A stretch of DNA of 64,000 nucleotides, taken from the NCBI GenBank assembly GCA_963693365.1, contig CAVNZM010000009.1, forward strand, positions 7,483,408 through 7,547,407, written 5' to 3'. Source of the DNA: Amoebidium appalachense. Taxonomy: Eukaryota > Protista > Ichthyosporea. The notes beneath the pieces were generated by a model. The model ran no database searches, was not told where the DNA came from, and was given only the letters and a program-made list of their open reading frames with translations. Below are positions 47,147-64,000 of this stretch, one piece after another; positions within the stretch are counted from its first letter, which is position 1; each line of letters begins with the position of its first letter. Both the position numbers and the translations under genes were made by a program.

Positions 47147-49288
47147 TAGATAAACGGGCCATGACACGAGTTTGCGCAAACACTTGTGACGTCAGGCGCC
47201 CGTTCCATGGGTGAAGATCCTTTTGATTGGGTCTGAGGTCTGAGGGCTGTGTGCCGCAAACGTTGAAACTAAAATAGCAACTTGTAGCAAGCACCTAAGC
47301 TTCGGGGAAAAGGACTTTTAAAGGAGATGGGAAGCTTAAGGCTATAACGACCTGTAAAACTGCAGAGTACTTAATAGTAATAGAGGTGGCGCTGAAAGCC
47401 CAATATGGGTAAGAAGTGTTCTGTGTTTGCTTCACAGGCGGTTACCAGTATGATAAGGAAGGAATCAAGGTGTCTGTGTTTAGTTTTTCTAACCCACAGG
47501 CCGACCTACAACGTTTTGCTTAGTGGGCTTGCGCCTGTGCCCTCGAGGGCATACAATGTCTCACCAATTGCGCGGGTTATTTGTGCCACGCACTTGGCAG
47601 AGTCATATATGGAGCGGGAATCTACTTTGATAGACAGCAAGACAAACGAGCTCAAAAGCGGACAAACCTAATCTTAGGGCCGGTGCGGTTCCCACGCAGA
47701 GCATTCCCAATCCCAATACGCCAACCACCGCACAAGTGAAACGGCCACGCCTATAAGAACGTGAGAAGCAAAAGTGAATATTAGAAGATTAGAAGGAGCC
47801 CAAAAGTAGCGAAACGGTAAGCAGCTGATACTATATGTGGGTGCACACACCTGCTCGACAATATTCGTGCACATTTGCGTGGGGGCTTTTCAGACTGGCA
47901 AATAGCTGGGCAAACAGAGACATACATTTAGCTTATGCAGTTAGGCAACTTCGGTGTAATGTTGGTAGTCAACACACTTTCGACACCCCCTGCCCCGATT
48001 GTTGCATCCATAGTTTGATTCACCAGCGAACTTTTGCATAGAACGTGAGCGCAAACACCAACCCCTGCAACAGATAGAAGGACATTCATTTCGTTAGGGG
48101 TTCCTGATTTTGAAACGGGGAGAGGGGTAGTAGTAAATTTGGCGGGGGGGAAGGGGCGGGGGAGCCCCCACTTTGGACAGGTGCCGCCCCCCTCCCCCCG
48201 CCCCCCTCCTCCCCCGGGGGGGGGACTTACCCATCTCACAGCTGCAGGCTGCCATAATTACGGTATTAGTTATGACCTGATCGTCTACCATGATTAGGAC
48301 TATAGTTTCGCAGCTGTTTACATACACTTAGTTCCCAAAACGTAAGCATTGAAGGTTGGTACTTGGACCGCTTAACGACATGAAACTCATTTGGGCTACA
48401 CCCTTTGTTCATTGATGCTCGAGGAGCCCCTGCCCCCCTCCCTCCCCCCCCCCTCTCCCCCTCCCTCCCTCCCTCCCTCTCTTTGCGGGCCTGGGCGGGA
48501 TTGAGTCTCGTCTCCAGTCTCCCCACCACGGGCTCCGCGCGCACACACATGCACAAAATTTTACACGTTCCTGCACACACATGCATATATGTGTACAACT
48601 TGCGCACACGTGGTGCACAAACCAGCGATGCGCACAAAACATAAACATGCAGGTGCACTCATCCACACCAAACACACATACAATCCCCGCCACACAGACA
48701 CAAACAAACATGGCAATACGAGAACGTTTAATAATTTATATTTACGTAATATTCGACAGTACCAACGAATACAGCCTTTGTGGGTGGAAAAGATGTTTGC
48801 CATCACGCGCAGGCGCGGAGGGGCCCCGAAGAGGGGGGGGGGGGGGGGGACCACTCACCTCGCGGAGGTGGGTCCCCCCAGGAGGGGGTGGGGGCTTGGG
48901 GGTAAGAGGGGACCACCAGGCGGAACGTCGATATTTACTACAAAACCCCACCACCATCACCTCGTTACAATCAAAAATCCCTTCCGAACAGTCACTGGAT
49001 CACTGTTGCCGCGAGAGTTGCCCTCACACGTACTGACGGTGTGCACGCGCTGCGATGAACTTTACGTTCGCTGCAGGCGTCCGAATTTTCCTTACACTCT
49101 CGCGACCGCGTGCATGCTTTCTGTCGCGGCGCCTGGACGGTTCGATAGAGTCCAGTGTTCGCTGAATGTGTAAGGAAAAATAAGGAGCCATCTTAGTAGG
49201 TGGCAGCGGCTTAGTAGTTAGATTGCATGGAACTGGCGCCTGACGTCACAAGTGTTTGCGCAAACTCGTGTCATAGCCCGTTTATCTA
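47147..49288 (-). mobile_element. 2.1-kb DNA transposon with 63-bp TIRs (including terminal TA) carrying a spliced SWIM zinc-finger remnant; ISL2EU/IS4EU-like or MULE-like, non-autonomous
   Basis: 47147-47209 is the reverse complement of 49226-49288 with 2 mismatches. Internal exons join as ...VITNTVIMAACSCEMG|VGVCAHVLC (CxC..CxH) across a GTAAG...GCAG intron at about 48230-48066. Confidence 0.85.
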
Positions 49289-49751
49289 CTCCCCCAGGAG
49301 GCCTTACTTGCGTTAACATAAGTCACTAGCTGCATTTGATTGGCTGCGCTGGAAAACGCAGTAGGCCGTCAAGTGAGGCTGGGCCCCTGACGATGTCCGC
49401 AGCAATACAAAGTGCATAAACTCCAGACCCCCGTTGTTCTGCAGAGGCAAATATGAATTTTCTCGCCCAATAAGTGTCTATAAACATCTTAGTGTGCATA
49501 CGGTATGGTTTGGTTTCGTACAAACACTGGTGGTGGTGTTGCCAATCAACATCGCATTACTGTACTGTAGTGTCAAAATATGCGCGAATTTTCTCGATTA
49601 CTTCTAATTTGATGAGCATAGCAATAAAGCCATTGTAGAAAAAAAAAAAAGAAATTCAATATATAGGCCTAGACATTATAATTATAAACCAGGCCAATAT
49701 CCAAGTCACTATCATAGAAAATTTTATTCACGTGCATACAGCTGCTCAGAT

Positions 49752-49792
<41 letters not shown>

Positions 49793-50160
49793 TAGCTCCC
49801 CCCCCCCCCCCCCCCCCCCCACACCCCCCCCACAGTGCCCCCCCCCCCCGCGGGGCTCCTTTCACTCACCCGATTTCCCCTCAAGCTGCTCCCCCCGTTT
49901 CCCCCCCTCGCCCCAAAAACACACAAACATGCAGACGACCGTTCGCGTTCGTATGTGAGTGTGCGGGAACACATATCATCAAGCACTAATTAGCTTAGTA
50001 ACACGCGTGCACATGTATGCACACATGTGTATATATGCACGTACACCTGGACATGTGCATCCAACTTAACCATACATGTACACGAAGCATTATCATGTAC
50101 AGGGCATGTGTGTAAAATTTTGGCGAGAGATCACACACACATCACCCAAAATGCGTCGAG

Positions 50161-50194
<34 letters not shown>

Positions 50195-51256
50195 TCCTCC
50201 TCCTCCTGGGCGGTCACCACCACCACCACCAAAAAAAAAAAAAAAAAAAAAAAAAATAATAATAACAACAACAACAATAATAATAATAATAATAATAATA
50301 TGATAATATGATAATAATAACCCTCAAAACTAGAAGAAAAAAAAAAGAGGCGGGGAAGACAAAATATGTAAAATGAAGCAAGTTTTGAACCCCCCCCCCC
50401 CCCCCAAAAAAAAAAAAAAAAAAAAAACACTTACTCACCATGTACCCGGCTTAGGTGTGGCGCACCCAATCGTCTGTACCATAATTAACCTTCACTACAA
50501 TGTCCATAAAATGAAAATGTCGTTTTGTGGGAATTCATTAGACCCCCCCGCATTTTACACTGCATGGGCCGGTGTAATGTACCGGACGGACAGACGTGAT
50601 GTGTCAGATATCACGTAGCCTATTTAAGAAATGCCTGCACTGCCACGTAAGTCCTAGTACATTGTTTCTAAATGGCTGGGTTTTTGGCAAGTGCCACGTC
50701 CAGAAGCATGCATCTGATATATTCATATTATATCTAACCCGGTCCGTATGAAATTTCAAAAATATAAAATGCACGCCTGATACGGAAAAGATCATACACG
50801 TACATCCCACGGGCCTCTCAAAGTTTACCATCTGCCATTACATCATAAGTTATAATCTCTCTCTAGTATACATGCGTAGCTACACTGGTTATCCATTACA
50901 TTACCTTAAGTTTACACGACTCACCCCAAACTTTCTAATGTCTGTGTCGGGCAATGTTACTAAAGTGTCTTTATATGGTAATTACGCACTCTCTAAGGAA
51001 GGTGATCGCACCATATATAGGCAAACTTGTGTAGTCTCATTCTTAACATATATAAAGCCCAGGTATAATTCCGATATTAGCATTCATGGACAATTCTATA
51101 TCTAACAACCCACAGGCCATTTCGGTCGGGTGAGGACCGTATCCCGCTCCTCTAGATCTACACACGCTACCCCCCCCCCCCCCCCCAAAAAAAAAAAAAA
51201 AAAAAAAAAAACCATCATCAAAAAGAGAATAAAATAGAAAAAACGACCGCGGCGGG

Positions 51257-63920
<12,664 letters not shown>

Positions 63921-64000
63921 CTGGCGGAGAAGAAAAGAAAGTGGTGTTTAGGGGTTAGAAGCAATAGGTGTGTGTGGGTGGGTGGGTCGGTGCGTGGGTG

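Noticed and set aside
47990-48015. THAP-like YGCNNR inside the TIR element
   Set aside because: No leading Cys, no downstream FP/W/C..HF motifs, and the frame closes quickly.

Overview
Eukaryotic, intron-rich genomic DNA. A tyrosine-specific receptor kinase points to a holozoan, and the gene style suggests a unicellular one such as an ichthyosporean (inference). Most ORFs in the supplied track are artefacts of (CA)n/(GT)n, (CT)n/(GA)n and poly-G/C tracts inside introns. By manual GT-AG splicing I reconstructed seven genes: a secreted metzincin metalloprotease with three FN3 domains (-), a PH-domain protein with a C-terminal SARAH-like helix (-), COX17 (-), a divergent 3-exon gene with a BCL7-like motif (+), S-adenosylmethionine decarboxylase with two uORFs and a hairpin (-), a PRA1-family membrane protein (-), and a 5'-truncated receptor tyrosine kinase with GGA(I/V/L) beta-helix-like and Cys-rich ectodomain (-). 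There is also a partial C-type-lectin-like gene at the left edge. Mobile DNA: a 5'-truncated LINE with a poly(A) tail, a 2.1-kb element with 63-bp TIRs and a spliced SWIM-finger remnant, a TTAA-flanked MITE family, and a ~250-bp dispersed repeat seen only in introns in sense orientation. The strongest leads are the PH+SARAH-like protein (possible new Hippo-pathway adaptor architecture), the RTK ectodomain, the sense-intronic repeat family and the SAMDC leader. Two apparent 1-nt frame breaks lie in G homopolymers and may be sequencing errors. All domain calls are from motif recognition by eye, not database searches.
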